DNA of 24,000 nt, from assembly GCA_020171285.1 (NCBI GenBank), contig JAIUZI010000004.1:234832-258831 (forward strand), written 5' to 3'. Within the stretch, counting starts at the first letter, position 1, and each line of letters begins with the position of its first letter. The stretch is from Seohaeicola saemankumensis. Lineage in GTDB: Bacteria > Pseudomonadota > Alphaproteobacteria > Rhodobacterales > Rhodobacteraceae. Shown piece after piece: positions 8,692 through 16,136 of this stretch. The notes under the pieces were generated by a model. That model was not told the origin of the DNA. It worked only from the letters and a program-made list of their open reading frames with translations, and made no database searches. The translations under genes were made by a program, and so were the position numbers.

Positions 8692-9244
8692 CCGGGCGCA
8701 CCTCGGTCACTTCGGGAATGTAGTGGCGCAGCAGGTTCTCGATGCCCATCTTCAGGGTCAGCGTCGAGGACGGGCAGCCGGCACAGGCGCCCTGCATGTG
8801 CAGGTAGACGACGCCGCGCTCAAAACCGTGAAAGGTGATGTCGCCACCGTCCTGCGCCACGGCGGGGCGCACGCGGGTGTCCAGCAGTTCTTTGATCTGG
8901 CCAACGACCTCGGAATCCTCGCCGGTGAATTCGGCATGGCCCGACGCGGCCTGTTCACCGGTCTCGATCACCGGCTGGCCGGACTGGTAGTGCTCCATCA
9001 CCGCGCCCAGGATGGCGGGTTTGACATGGTCCCACTCGACGCTGTCGGCCTTGGTCACGGTCACGAAATCATTGCCGAAGAACACGCCGTTGACGCCCGA
9101 CACTTCAAAGATCCGGCGGGCCAGCGGCGATTTCGCGGCTGCATCGGCGCTGGGGAAGTCGGCGGTGCCCGCGTCCAGCACGGTCTGGCCGGGCAGGAAT
9201 TTCAGCGTGGCCGGGTTCGGCGTGGATTCGGTCTGAATGAACAT
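8681..9244 (-). CDS. NifU-family Fe-S cluster delivery protein (Nfu_N plus NifU C-terminal domain)
   Basis: 187 aa from the ATG at 9242-9244, with GGAG 7 nt upstream. MFIQTESTPNPATLKFLPG is the Nfu_N signature start. The C-terminal domain carries the CxxC motif (GACAGCPSS). The track ORF to 10060 is an artefactual N-terminal extension that runs into the neighbouring gene. Confidence 0.9.
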   Translation of the reverse strand: MFIQTESTPNPATLKFLPGQTVLDAGTADFPSADAAAKSPLARRIFEVSGVNGVFFGNDFVTVTKADSVEWDHVKPAILGAVMEHYQSGQPVIETGEQAASGHAEFTGEDSEVVGQIKELLDTRVRPAVAQDGGDITFHGFERGVVYLHMQGACAGCPSSTLTLKMGIENLLRHYIPEVTEVRPVGI

Positions 9245-9333
9245 GGCAGGGCTCCATTGTGCTTGTCTTGGGATATGCGGCGTGACGGGCTGCAAGTCAA
9301 GCTTTGGAACGATTCTAAATATGTGCCACAGGG

Positions 9334-10716
9334 CTATTTGCAGAACAGGGGAACAATGGGGCCGGGTCCCTCTGCGACGTCCGTCTGGGTCTCGGCCCGG
9401 TCGAACAGGGTGTTCGACCGCTGCAAAAGCGCGGTCAGACGCGAGGCAGGCAGAACATGCGCTGGCGCCTGCGGTTCGTCGGCGGGTCGGCCCAGCAGAA
9501 CCCCTGCAATGCGTCCATCGCCCAGAAACACCGGCGCGCCTCCGCTGCCGGGCGGGTTGGGCAGGGTCACGCTCAACCGCAGCCCGTTGTTGCCGATCAG
9601 CGCGTCGCCCTGAACCCGGCCGTGGCTGCGGCCGGGTCTGAGGTTGGCGGGACTCTCGGTCCCGAAGCCGAGCGCGATCACCTGCTGTCCCGGTTCTGCC
9701 TCTACGTTGCCGCCCAGCCGTACCCAGCTGGCCGAGCGTACCGGCGAAGTCATCAATGCCAGCCCATGAACCCGTGCGATCCGCAGGCGGCGCAGGCGGG
9801 TGCCGTCGGCCAGGGTCAGCGCCTTGCAGTCGGACAGCGCCGCAAGCGAGGTGACCAGATCGGTGTTGTTGACATAAAAACCGGTCGCAACCGGCACGGA
9901 ACCAGACGGCACGTTCGGTCGCGCCGGGTCCGATGGGCCGTCCAGCGCGGCAATCGCCTTGAGCAGGAGGCCATCCGCGGGCAGCTCCAGCGGTGCCTGC
10001 ACGCCGGGCTGGATGGAGCCCGAGATCAGCCGCGCCTCGGCGGCGCGCTGCGGGGTCCATTGCACGATCACGGTCACGTATTTCTGCCCGTGCCGCAGCG
10101 ACCGGATGTAAACGGTATTGGTCCGGTCGGTCAGGACCGCCGTTGTCACCATATCGTCCGACAGCCGGGCCCGCCGCGCCGGGTCGGGTTGCAGGGCATT
10201 GTCGAGAAGCCAGTTGTGCAGCGCCAGAACACCCTCGGCGTCATAGGCGCGGGTTCGGACAATCAGGTGTCCGTCCGAATCGGCATGGGCGATTTCATCC
10301 TGCCGGTTCAGCGGGCCGACCACCGCCAGCGGCAGCACATAAGACAGGTTGGCCCCGTCCGGTGCGACCGGTTCCCAACGCCCTCCTGCCAGCGCGGTGC
10401 GGAATCGCCGCGACAGCTGTGCCAGATCCGCCAGCTTGATCTGGCCCGGTCCGAACTGGTCGCGCATGGTCTGCACAAAGGCCAGCTGGCTTTTCTGGCT
10501 CCAGTTGCCGTCAATCGGCCCCTCATAGCTGCCATCAACGGCCAGCGCCGCCTGGACAAAGCGGATTTCGGCATCGGCCATTTTGCGCGGAACGGCGGGT
10601 TTTTCCAGCAGATCCTGCGCCGCAGCCTGGCCAGCGCCAAGTCCAATGGCCAGCATCAGCGTCAATATAGCAAAGATGAAAAAGCGCAGGCGGCCGTGTT
10701 GCCGGACTATGGTCAT
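9334..10716 (-). CDS. Secreted protein with a PG_binding_1 peptidoglycan-binding domain and a C-terminal trypsin-like (S1/Trypsin_2-like) domain
   Basis: 460 aa with an ATG start. Sec signal peptide (FFIFAILTLMLAIGLGAGQAAA/QD). PG-binding motif IRFVQAALAVDGSYEGPIDGNWSQKSQLAFVQTM. The C-terminal region resembles a chymotrypsin fold (ATGFYVNNTDLVTS..., HGLALM..., PPGSGGAPVFLGDGRIAGVLLG). Confidence 0.7.
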   Translation of the reverse strand: MTIVRQHGRLRFFIFAILTLMLAIGLGAGQAAAQDLLEKPAVPRKMADAEIRFVQAALAVDGSYEGPIDGNWSQKSQLAFVQTMRDQFGPGQIKLADLAQLSRRFRTALAGGRWEPVAPDGANLSYVLPLAVVGPLNRQDEIAHADSDGHLIVRTRAYDAEGVLALHNWLLDNALQPDPARRARLSDDMVTTAVLTDRTNTVYIRSLRHGQKYVTVIVQWTPQRAAEARLISGSIQPGVQAPLELPADGLLLKAIAALDGPSDPARPNVPSGSVPVATGFYVNNTDLVTSLAALSDCKALTLADGTRLRRLRIARVHGLALMTSPVRSASWVRLGGNVEAEPGQQVIALGFGTESPANLRPGRSHGRVQGDALIGNNGLRLSVTLPNPPGSGGAPVFLGDGRIAGVLLGRPADEPQAPAHVLPASRLTALLQRSNTLFDRAETQTDVAEGPGPIVPLFCK

Positions 10717-10717
10717 G

Positions 10718-11173
10718 TCAGGTAATCGCCTCGAGCTTTTCCTTGCTCAGGTCGCCGGGCACGATCGTGATCGGGATTGAAAAGGACCCGGAGGCGCGGC
10801 TCAGCTGTGACACCAGCGGGCCGGGGCCCTTCTTGTCGGTGCCCGCGCCCAGGACCAGAACGCCGATGTCGGGATCCTCGCGGATCTGGCTCAGGATTTC
10901 GGGCACCGCATCGCCTTCGCGGATGATCAGCTCGGGATCGACGCCCTGCCGGTCGCGCATCCATTTCGCAAAAACTTCGAAATGGGCGTGGATCCGTTCG
11001 CGGGTTTCCTCGCGCATCACCTCGCCGACACCGATCCAATGATTGAATTCATCGGGGGGAATGACCGACAGGATGGCCACCCCGCCACCGGTATGGGCCG
11101 CGCGCATGGCGGCAAAGCGCATCGCGTTCAGACACTCGCGGCTGTCATCGAGAATGACCAGGAACTTGCGCAT
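10718..11173 (-). CDS. Universal stress protein (UspA family)
   Basis: 151 aa from the ATG at 11171-11173, with AAGGAGA 7 nt upstream. Usp fold hallmarks are present: MRKFLVILDDS at the start, VLVLGAG...SQLSRASGSFSIPITIVPG at the C-terminus. The stop is 1 nt before the start of the downstream secreted protein. Confidence 0.85.
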   Translation of the reverse strand: MRKFLVILDDSRECLNAMRFAAMRAAHTGGGVAILSVIPPDEFNHWIGVGEVMREETRERIHAHFEVFAKWMRDRQGVDPELIIREGDAVPEILSQIREDPDIGVLVLGAGTDKKGPGPLVSQLSRASGSFSIPITIVPGDLSKEKLEAIT

Positions 11174-11232
11174 GGACGGGCTCTCCTTTGCGCGGATGAT
11201 GCCCGATGGCCCGGCCGCAGGCAAGCGCCCGA

Positions 11233-12096
11233 TCAGCCGGTCGAACGGGCCCAGTCCCAGTACATCTCGCGTACCCGGCGTGTCATCGGGCCGATCTGGA
11301 ATTGCCGGTCCTCAAAGGCGGTGACCGGCGTCACCTTGTTCATGTTGCCCGACATGAACAGCTCGTCCGCTTCTTCTATGTCCTTGAAGCTGAGCACGGT
11401 TTCATGAACGGTCACCCCGTCGGCACGCAGGTTTTCCATGTGCCGCGCGCGGGTGATGCCGGCCAGAAAAGTTCCGTTGGCAATGGGGGTAAAGACCTCG
11501 CCGTCGCGCACCATGAAGATGTTGGCGGTGGCGGTTTCGGCCACGTTGCCCATGGCGTCGCCCACCAGTGCGTTGGTAAACCCGCGCGAGCGGGCCTCGG
11601 CCAGCATGCGGGCGTTGTTGGGATAGAGGCAGCCGGCCTTGGCATTGACCACGGCGTCTTCCATCACCGGGCGCCGGAACCGGGTGTGGCACAGGGTGGC
11701 CGAGGCGGTTTCTGGCGCCAGCGGGATCTCTTCGAGGCAGAGCGCAAAACCGGTCTTGTCGGGCTGCGGCACGATCGCGGTGATATCGCCGTCGATGCCC
11801 CAGTACATCGGCCGGATGTAGACGGCGGCGGAGGGATCATAGGCCTTGAGCCCGTCGAGGGCGATCTCAACCATCTCCTCGGTGCTGACGGTCGGGGTCA
11901 GCATCAGCGCCTCGGCCGACCGGTTGGTGCGGGCACAGTGTTTGTCCAGGTCCGGGGTCAACCCGTCGACGCAGCGGGCGCCGTCGAACACGCCCGAACC
12001 CAGCCACGCGCCATGATCGGCCGCCCGCATGATCGGCACGTCGCCGTCATGCCATGTGCCGTTGAAATAGGTTCGGATGTTGCTGCCGGTTGCCAT
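11233..12096 (-). CDS. ilvE: Branched-chain amino acid aminotransferase (fold-type IV PLP enzyme)
   Basis: 287 aa with an ATG start. Class IV aminotransferase sequence (YFNGTWHDGDVPIMRAADHGAWLGSGVFDGAR..., NIFMVRDGEVFTPIANGTFLAGITR). The BCAT versus D-amino-acid transaminase subclass is not resolvable by eye. Confidence 0.85.
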   Translation of the reverse strand: MATGSNIRTYFNGTWHDGDVPIMRAADHGAWLGSGVFDGARCVDGLTPDLDKHCARTNRSAEALMLTPTVSTEEMVEIALDGLKAYDPSAAVYIRPMYWGIDGDITAIVPQPDKTGFALCLEEIPLAPETASATLCHTRFRRPVMEDAVVNAKAGCLYPNNARMLAEARSRGFTNALVGDAMGNVAETATANIFMVRDGEVFTPIANGTFLAGITRARHMENLRADGVTVHETVLSFKDIEEADELFMSGNMNKVTPVTAFEDRQFQIGPMTRRVREMYWDWARSTG

Positions 12097-12152
12097 AGGT
12101 CACTCCCACGTTTGTGGCGCGAGGTTAGGTTTGGAATACGCGAAGGTCCAGT

Positions 12153-12207
12153 GCAGTTGGCGGCATATCCGGTTTTGCGGACCCGCCGCAGTTGCCGGTT
12201 CAGTTGC
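12153..12207. repeat. Three copies of CAGTTG(C/G) in the ilvE/acyltransferase divergent intergenic region
   Basis: Copies are gCAGTTGGcgg (12154-12160), gCAGTTGCcgg (12189-12195) and tCAGTTGCatt (12201-12207). The last two are direct repeats 12 nt apart. Confidence 0.25.
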
Positions 12208-12263
12208 ATTCCCCCGCGAGGTAGTCATTGTAACGTCGGGGCAAGGAAACGGGGTCGGGCAGC

Positions 12264-13313
12264 GTGGTAGAAATCAGATCGCACACGGCATTGCGCGGGG
12301 TCGCGGCGATGGTCGTTCTGATCGCCCACTATTTCATTCTCGTTCAGCCCAGCTTTGCCGGGTATCAGCCACAGCTGAACCGGGCGCCGCATGTGGCGGT
12401 CGATTTCTTTTTCATGCTCAGCGGGTTTATCCTGTTCAAGGTTTACGGGGCGGGGTTCACCCGCGCGCCGGAGGCCGGCCATCTCAGGGCGTTTTACCTC
12501 AGGCGGTTCATCCGCATCTGGCCGCTGCACGCCGTGACACTGGCGTTCATGGTCGCCTTTGCGATCTATCAGGGACAGGACGGCGGCCTGCGCGACATCG
12601 TGCTGAACCTGCTGCTGATCGACGCCTGGGGGCTGTCCGACACCTTTGTCTACAACGTGCCGTCCTGGTCGATCAGCTGCGAGGCCGCAGCCTATCTGCT
12701 GTTTCCTTTCGCGGCGCACCTGGCGTTGAAACGTGGCGGAACGGCCGGGCTTGTCGTGTTTTCGCTGGCGATCTACGCGGTTCTGATCGCGGTCGGCGCC
12801 GGGCGGCTGGACCAGCCCGACGGTATTCCGGAACGCCTTGTGATCCTGCGGATTCTTGCGGCCTTCCCGCTGGGCATGGCGCTGGCCGCGCGGTCGGATC
12901 TGTTCGACGGTGTGCCGGAGGCCGGACTGTCACTGATGCAAGGTCTGTGCATCGTCGTCGTGATCGTGGTGGTCGGTCTGGAATGGCCGGATGTTCTGGT
13001 CATTCCCGCCTTTGCCGTGCTGATGCTGGCGACGACGGCGGACAGGGGGCTGGTCGGACGCATGGCGCGGGGCGGGGCGCTGCACCGGGCCGGAGAGATC
13101 TCATACGGGATCTACATGATTCACTGGCCGGTCATCATGTGCCTGTTTCCGCTGCGCTACCGCCTGACCGGTGACAGCAGCAGCACCGCGCTCGAGCTGG
13201 TCTATCTCGTGGCGGTGCTGGTGATCGTCTGGGGACTGTCGGTTCTGTCGTACGCGCGGTTCGAAATGCCGCTGCGGGCGGCGGTTCGAACCGGGCAGGG
13301 CCGCCGCGCCTGA
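12264..13313 (+). CDS. Membrane acyltransferase, Acyl_transf_3 family (OafA/ExoZ/NolL-like)
   Basis: 349 aa with a GTG start at 12264. The family-typical N-terminus is present (ALRGVAAMVVLIAHY), followed by about 10 hydrophobic segments and a SWSISCEAAAYLLFP motif. The exact start is uncertain because no good SD is nearby. Confidence 0.85.
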   Translation: MVEIRSHTALRGVAAMVVLIAHYFILVQPSFAGYQPQLNRAPHVAVDFFFMLSGFILFKVYGAGFTRAPEAGHLRAFYLRRFIRIWPLHAVTLAFMVAFAIYQGQDGGLRDIVLNLLLIDAWGLSDTFVYNVPSWSISCEAAAYLLFPFAAHLALKRGGTAGLVVFSLAIYAVLIAVGAGRLDQPDGIPERLVILRILAAFPLGMALAARSDLFDGVPEAGLSLMQGLCIVVVIVVVGLEWPDVLVIPAFAVLMLATTADRGLVGRMARGGALHRAGEISYGIYMIHWPVIMCLFPLRYRLTGDSSSTALELVYLVAVLVIVWGLSVLSYARFEMPLRAAVRTGQGRRA

Positions 13314-13324
13314 CGGGCGCGGCG
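13302..13324. terminator. 9-bp GC hairpin spanning the acyltransferase stop, between convergent genes
   Basis: CGCCGCGCC (13302-13310) pairs with GGCGCGGCG (13316-13324) across the loop tgacg. It sits in the 19-nt gap between the acyltransferase stop (13311-13313) and the trpS stop (13333-13335). There is no U-tract on either strand. Confidence 0.3.
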
Positions 13325-13332
13325 AAAGCCGG

Positions 13333-14361
13333 TCAGACCTGGACCGGGGGCACCATGCCGACGATGTCATAGGTCCGGCGCAGGATCGGTGCGGTGATGG
13401 CGCGGGCGCGCTCGGCACCGCGGGTCAGGATGCGGTCGATTTCGTCCTGATTGTCCATCAGCCGGGACATCTCTGCCGAAATCGGCGCCAGTTTCGAGAC
13501 CGCCAGATCGGCCAGCAGCGGCTTGAACTCGGAAAACTGCTTGCCACCGAGTTCGGCCAGCACCTGATCGACGCTTTGTTCGGCGAAGGCGGCGTAGATT
13601 TCCACGAGGTTGCGCGCCTCGGGCCGGTCTTCCAGCCCCTTGGCCTCGGACGGCAGCCCCTCGGGGTCGGTCTTGGCCTTGCGGATCTTTTTCGCAATGG
13701 CGTCGGCGTCGTCGGTCATGTTGATGCGGCTGGCGTCTGAGGGATCGGATTTCGACATCTTCTTGGACCCGTCGCGCAGCGACATCACCCGCGTGGCGGC
13801 GCCTTCGATCACCGGTTCGGTCATCGGAAAGAAATCGACGCCATAGTCGTGGTTGAACTTGGCCGCGATGTCGCGGGTCAGTTCCAGATGCTGTTTCTGG
13901 TCCTCGCCCACCGGCACGTGGGTGGCGTGATAAATCAGAATGTCCGCCGCCATCAGCGCCGGGTAGGCAAACAGCCCCAGCGAGGCGTTCTGCGCGTTCT
14001 TGCCGGCCTTGTCCTTGAACTGGGTCATCCGCTGCATCCAGCCCATGCGCGCGACGCAGTTAAAGATCCACGCCAGTTGCGCGTGTTCGGGCACCTGGCT
14101 CTGGTTGATCAGGATCGACCGTGCCGGGTCCAGCCCGGCGGCGATGAAACCGGCGCACAGCTCGCGCGTGGCATGGCGCAGCTTGGCCGGGTCCTGCCAG
14201 ACGGTGATCGCGTGCAGATCGACCATGCAGTAGATGGTTTCGACGTCTTTCTCCTGCCAGTCCACGAACCGCTTCAGGGCACCCAGGTAATTGCCCAGGT
14301 GCAGGTTGCCCGAAGGCTGGATCCCCGAAAACACGCGCGGGGTGAAGCTGGTCTCGCTCAT
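13333..14361 (-). CDS. trpS: Tryptophan--tRNA ligase
   Basis: 342 aa with an ATG start. Class I aaRS motifs: [18 protein letters not shown] (HIGH-type region) and KMSKS. Length and sequence are typical of bacterial TrpRS. Confidence 0.97.
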   Translation of the reverse strand: MSETSFTPRVFSGIQPSGNLHLGNYLGALKRFVDWQEKDVETIYCMVDLHAITVWQDPAKLRHATRELCAGFIAAGLDPARSILINQSQVPEHAQLAWIFNCVARMGWMQRMTQFKDKAGKNAQNASLGLFAYPALMAADILIYHATHVPVGEDQKQHLELTRDIAAKFNHDYGVDFFPMTEPVIEGAATRVMSLRDGSKKMSKSDPSDASRINMTDDADAIAKKIRKAKTDPEGLPSEAKGLEDRPEARNLVEIYAAFAEQSVDQVLAELGGKQFSEFKPLLADLAVSKLAPISAEMSRLMDNQDEIDRILTRGAERARAITAPILRRTYDIVGMVPPVQV

Positions 14362-14457
14362 GGCGATGAACTCCCGTCTGGAAAAATAAGCCTCAGTCGC
14401 TTACCGAGGGGGCAGGGTGCCGTCAACAGGCACCGGACACCGAAGCCCGAGGAGGCC

Positions 14458-15165
14458 ATGGTCATGAGCAGTCAGCACACACCGCCCGAGGGCGTTCAGC
14501 CCGCCGTCAACCCGCTGCCACCGGTGGTGGCCGCGCTGTTTCTGGTGATCATGGGGATCGAGATTGCGTTCTTTCTGGGCAGCCGGGGTCTGATCGGCGG
14601 ACCGCAGGCTGTCGGCTGGCGGCTGGCGGCGATCCAGAAATACGCGTTCTCGGCCGATATTTTCGACTGGATGCTGATCAACGGGCGCTGGCCGTTCGAA
14701 CATGTGATGCGCTTTGTGACCTATCCGTTCGTGCATGCCTCCTTTACCCATGCGCTGTTTGTCGGCGTCTTTGTGCTGGCGATGGGCAAAATGGTGGCCG
14801 AGGTGTTTGGCAGTGTGGCCATGCTGGTGGTGTTCATCGTGTCGGGCGCGGGGGGCGCGCTGGCCTACGCGCTGCTGGTCAACAGCCCGATCCCGCTGAT
14901 CGGGGGGTTCCCCGCCGTCTATGGGCTGATCGGGGCGTTCACCTATCTGCTGTGGCGGTCCCTGGCGACCGTGGGGGCGAACCAGACGCGGGCGTTCACG
15001 CTGATTGCCTTTCTGATGGGGATACAGCTGGTGTTCGGTCTGCTGTTTGGCGGCAACAAGGACTGGGTTGCCGATCTGGCAGGATTTGCCACCGGGTTCG
15101 GGCTGTCGTTCTTTCTGTCGCCGGGCGGCTGGACCCGGATGCGAGGCAAGATCCGCCACGACTGA
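14458..15165 (+). CDS. Rhomboid-fold polytopic membrane protein, apparently lacking the catalytic Ser/His dyad
   Basis: About 235 aa. GAGGAGG at 14449-14455 precedes ATG 14458 and ATG 14464, and 14464 has the better spacing. Rhomboid-like TM2 (YPFVHASFTHALF), TM4 (IGGFPAVYGLIGA) and TM6 (WVADLAGFATGFG). The track ORF from 13849 is an antisense-of-trpS extension. Confidence 0.8.
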   Translation: MVMSSQHTPPEGVQPAVNPLPPVVAALFLVIMGIEIAFFLGSRGLIGGPQAVGWRLAAIQKYAFSADIFDWMLINGRWPFEHVMRFVTYPFVHASFTHALFVGVFVLAMGKMVAEVFGSVAMLVVFIVSGAGGALAYALLVNSPIPLIGGFPAVYGLIGAFTYLLWRSLATVGANQTRAFTLIAFLMGIQLVFGLLFGGNKDWVADLAGFATGFGLSFFLSPGGWTRMRGKIRHD

Positions 15166-15183
15166 AACAGGTCAGACGCATTG

Positions 15184-15235
15184 ACCGAATGTTTCGCGCG
15201 CGAAACATTCGGTTCAATTTTATGTTTTATTTTAA
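15184..15235 (+). terminator. Rho-independent terminator: perfect 30-nt palindrome followed by a T-rich tract
   Basis: ACCGAATGTTTCGCG/CGCGAAACATTCGGT (15184-15213) is a perfect inverted repeat, giving about a 13-bp stem with a 4-nt loop. It starts 18 nt after the rhomboid-like gene stop and is followed by tcaattttatgttttatttt. Confidence 0.8.
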
Positions 15236-15255
15236 TGGTTTGTTAGGTTTTTACC

Positions 15256-15450
15256 TTACCCCTTGGTCAGCGGGCAAGTGTTCAACCCGACGATCCGGTA
15301 CAGCGGACAATGGCCCAGCAGACCGGTTGCCAGCGGTATCAGCCCAACCAGCCCCCACAGTGTTTGCGGCCCGACAAAGATCAGCGACAGCAGGATGAGG
15401 CCAAGGATTACGCGCAGGGTGCGATCGAGAGTGCCTTCGTTGCGGAGCAT
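15256..15450 (-). CDS. DUF2892 (YgaP-like transmembrane domain) small membrane protein
   Basis: 64 aa with an ATG start and AAGGAAG 5 nt upstream. Two TM helices and the conserved ending (LIPLATGLLGHCPLYRIVGLNTC) typical of DUF2892. Confidence 0.8.
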   Translation of the reverse strand: MLRNEGTLDRTLRVILGLILLSLIFVGPQTLWGLVGLIPLATGLLGHCPLYRIVGLNTCPLTKG

Positions 15451-15514
15451 CGTGACTTCCTTTCATGGATTCGTATCTGATGCCCGAAATGTACCAGTGC
15501 GGGTGGCCGGCTGT

Positions 15515-15531
15515 CGGTGACACTGTCACCG
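15515..15531. promoter_or_regulatory. Perfect 8-1-8 palindrome CGGTGACA-c-TGTCACCG; candidate dimeric transcription-factor operator
   Basis: It contains GGTGA-N5-TCACC, which is reminiscent of CRP-type TGTGA-N6-TCACA. It lies 8 nt past the Crp-family gene stop and about 73 nt upstream of the DUF2892 ATG. No U-tract follows on the minus strand, so it is not a canonical terminator. Confidence 0.35.
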
Positions 15532-15538
15532 ATCATGG

Positions 15539-16132
15539 CTAATCGTCTGCGGCAATCCGTTCCAGCCCCGCGCGGTCCAGCAGGGTGATCCGGCCGCGTT
15601 CCTGATCGACCAGCCCGGCCTGGGCAAAGGCGCGCAGGCGCCGGGTGACAAAGGCGCGGCCCGATGCGGTTTCCGAGGCCAGCGCCTCATGCGTGGTTTC
15701 GATCCGGCCCGCAGGGCTGGCCAGCCGCAGCAGGACGCGGGCCAGCCTGGCGTCAAAACCGGTCAGCGCCACATCTTCGACAAGCTGTTCATAATCGCCA
15801 AAGCGGCGGGCGACGGCGGCCAGCACCTCGGCGCGAAAGGCGTCGTCGGTGGTCAGCGCCTGCCGGAACAGGGCGTGCGGCAGGATTTCACCGTCGATGT
15901 CGGTTTCCGCGATGCCCTCGGCGGAATAGGCGCGGCCATCGGTCAGGCAGGCAAAGGTCTGAAGGCAGACGTCGCCGGGGCCGACCCGGTACAGCACCAC
16001 GTCGCGTCCGTTGGCGGCGGTCAATGTGACGCGGATCCGGCCATGGCGCAGCCGAACGAATCCCGGACAGTCCTGTCCGGGGCTGAACAGCACGGTGCCG
16101 GCGGGGCAGCTCAGGGGATGGGCGCCCTGCAT
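15539..16132 (-). CDS. Crp/Fnr family transcriptional regulator
   Basis: 197 aa with an ATG start, 4 nt after the murJ stop. N-terminal cNMP-binding-like beta-roll (VLFSPGQDCPGFVRLRHGRIRV...LYRVGPGDVC) and a C-terminal HTH (THEALASETASGRAFVTRRLRAFAQAGLV). There is no FNR-type N-terminal Cys cluster. Confidence 0.85.
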   Translation of the reverse strand: MQGAHPLSCPAGTVLFSPGQDCPGFVRLRHGRIRVTLTAANGRDVVLYRVGPGDVCLQTFACLTDGRAYSAEGIAETDIDGEILPHALFRQALTTDDAFRAEVLAAVARRFGDYEQLVEDVALTGFDARLARVLLRLASPAGRIETTHEALASETASGRAFVTRRLRAFAQAGLVDQERGRITLLDRAGLERIAADD

Positions 16133-16136
16133 CGGC

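Noticed and set aside
9245-10060. N-terminal extension of the NifU-like ORF (track ORF 8681-10060)
   Set aside because: The extension is Arg/Gly/Pro-rich and overlaps the real 9334-10716 gene in another frame. The conserved Nfu_N start MFIQTESTPNP with an upstream GGAG sits at 9244.
9457-10725. 422-aa plus-strand ORF opposite the PG-binding/trypsin-like gene, together with 8396-9613 and 22199-23599 opposite other genes
   Set aside because: These are antisense artefacts. The minus-strand frames carry signal peptides and family motifs, while these have none.
13256-13290. Two GGTTCGAA motifs (13258-13265 and 13283-13290) resembling tRNA T-loops
   Set aside because: Both lie inside the acyltransferase CDS (encoding ...ARFEMPLRAAVRTG...). 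There are no flanking acceptor or anticodon stems, and I could not build a cloverleaf.
13849-14457. N-terminal extension of the rhomboid-like ORF (track ORF 13849-15165)
   Set aside because: The extension is entirely antisense to trpS. A strong GAGGAGG Shine-Dalgarno precedes the internal ATGs at 14458 and 14464, and the hydrophobic protein begins there.
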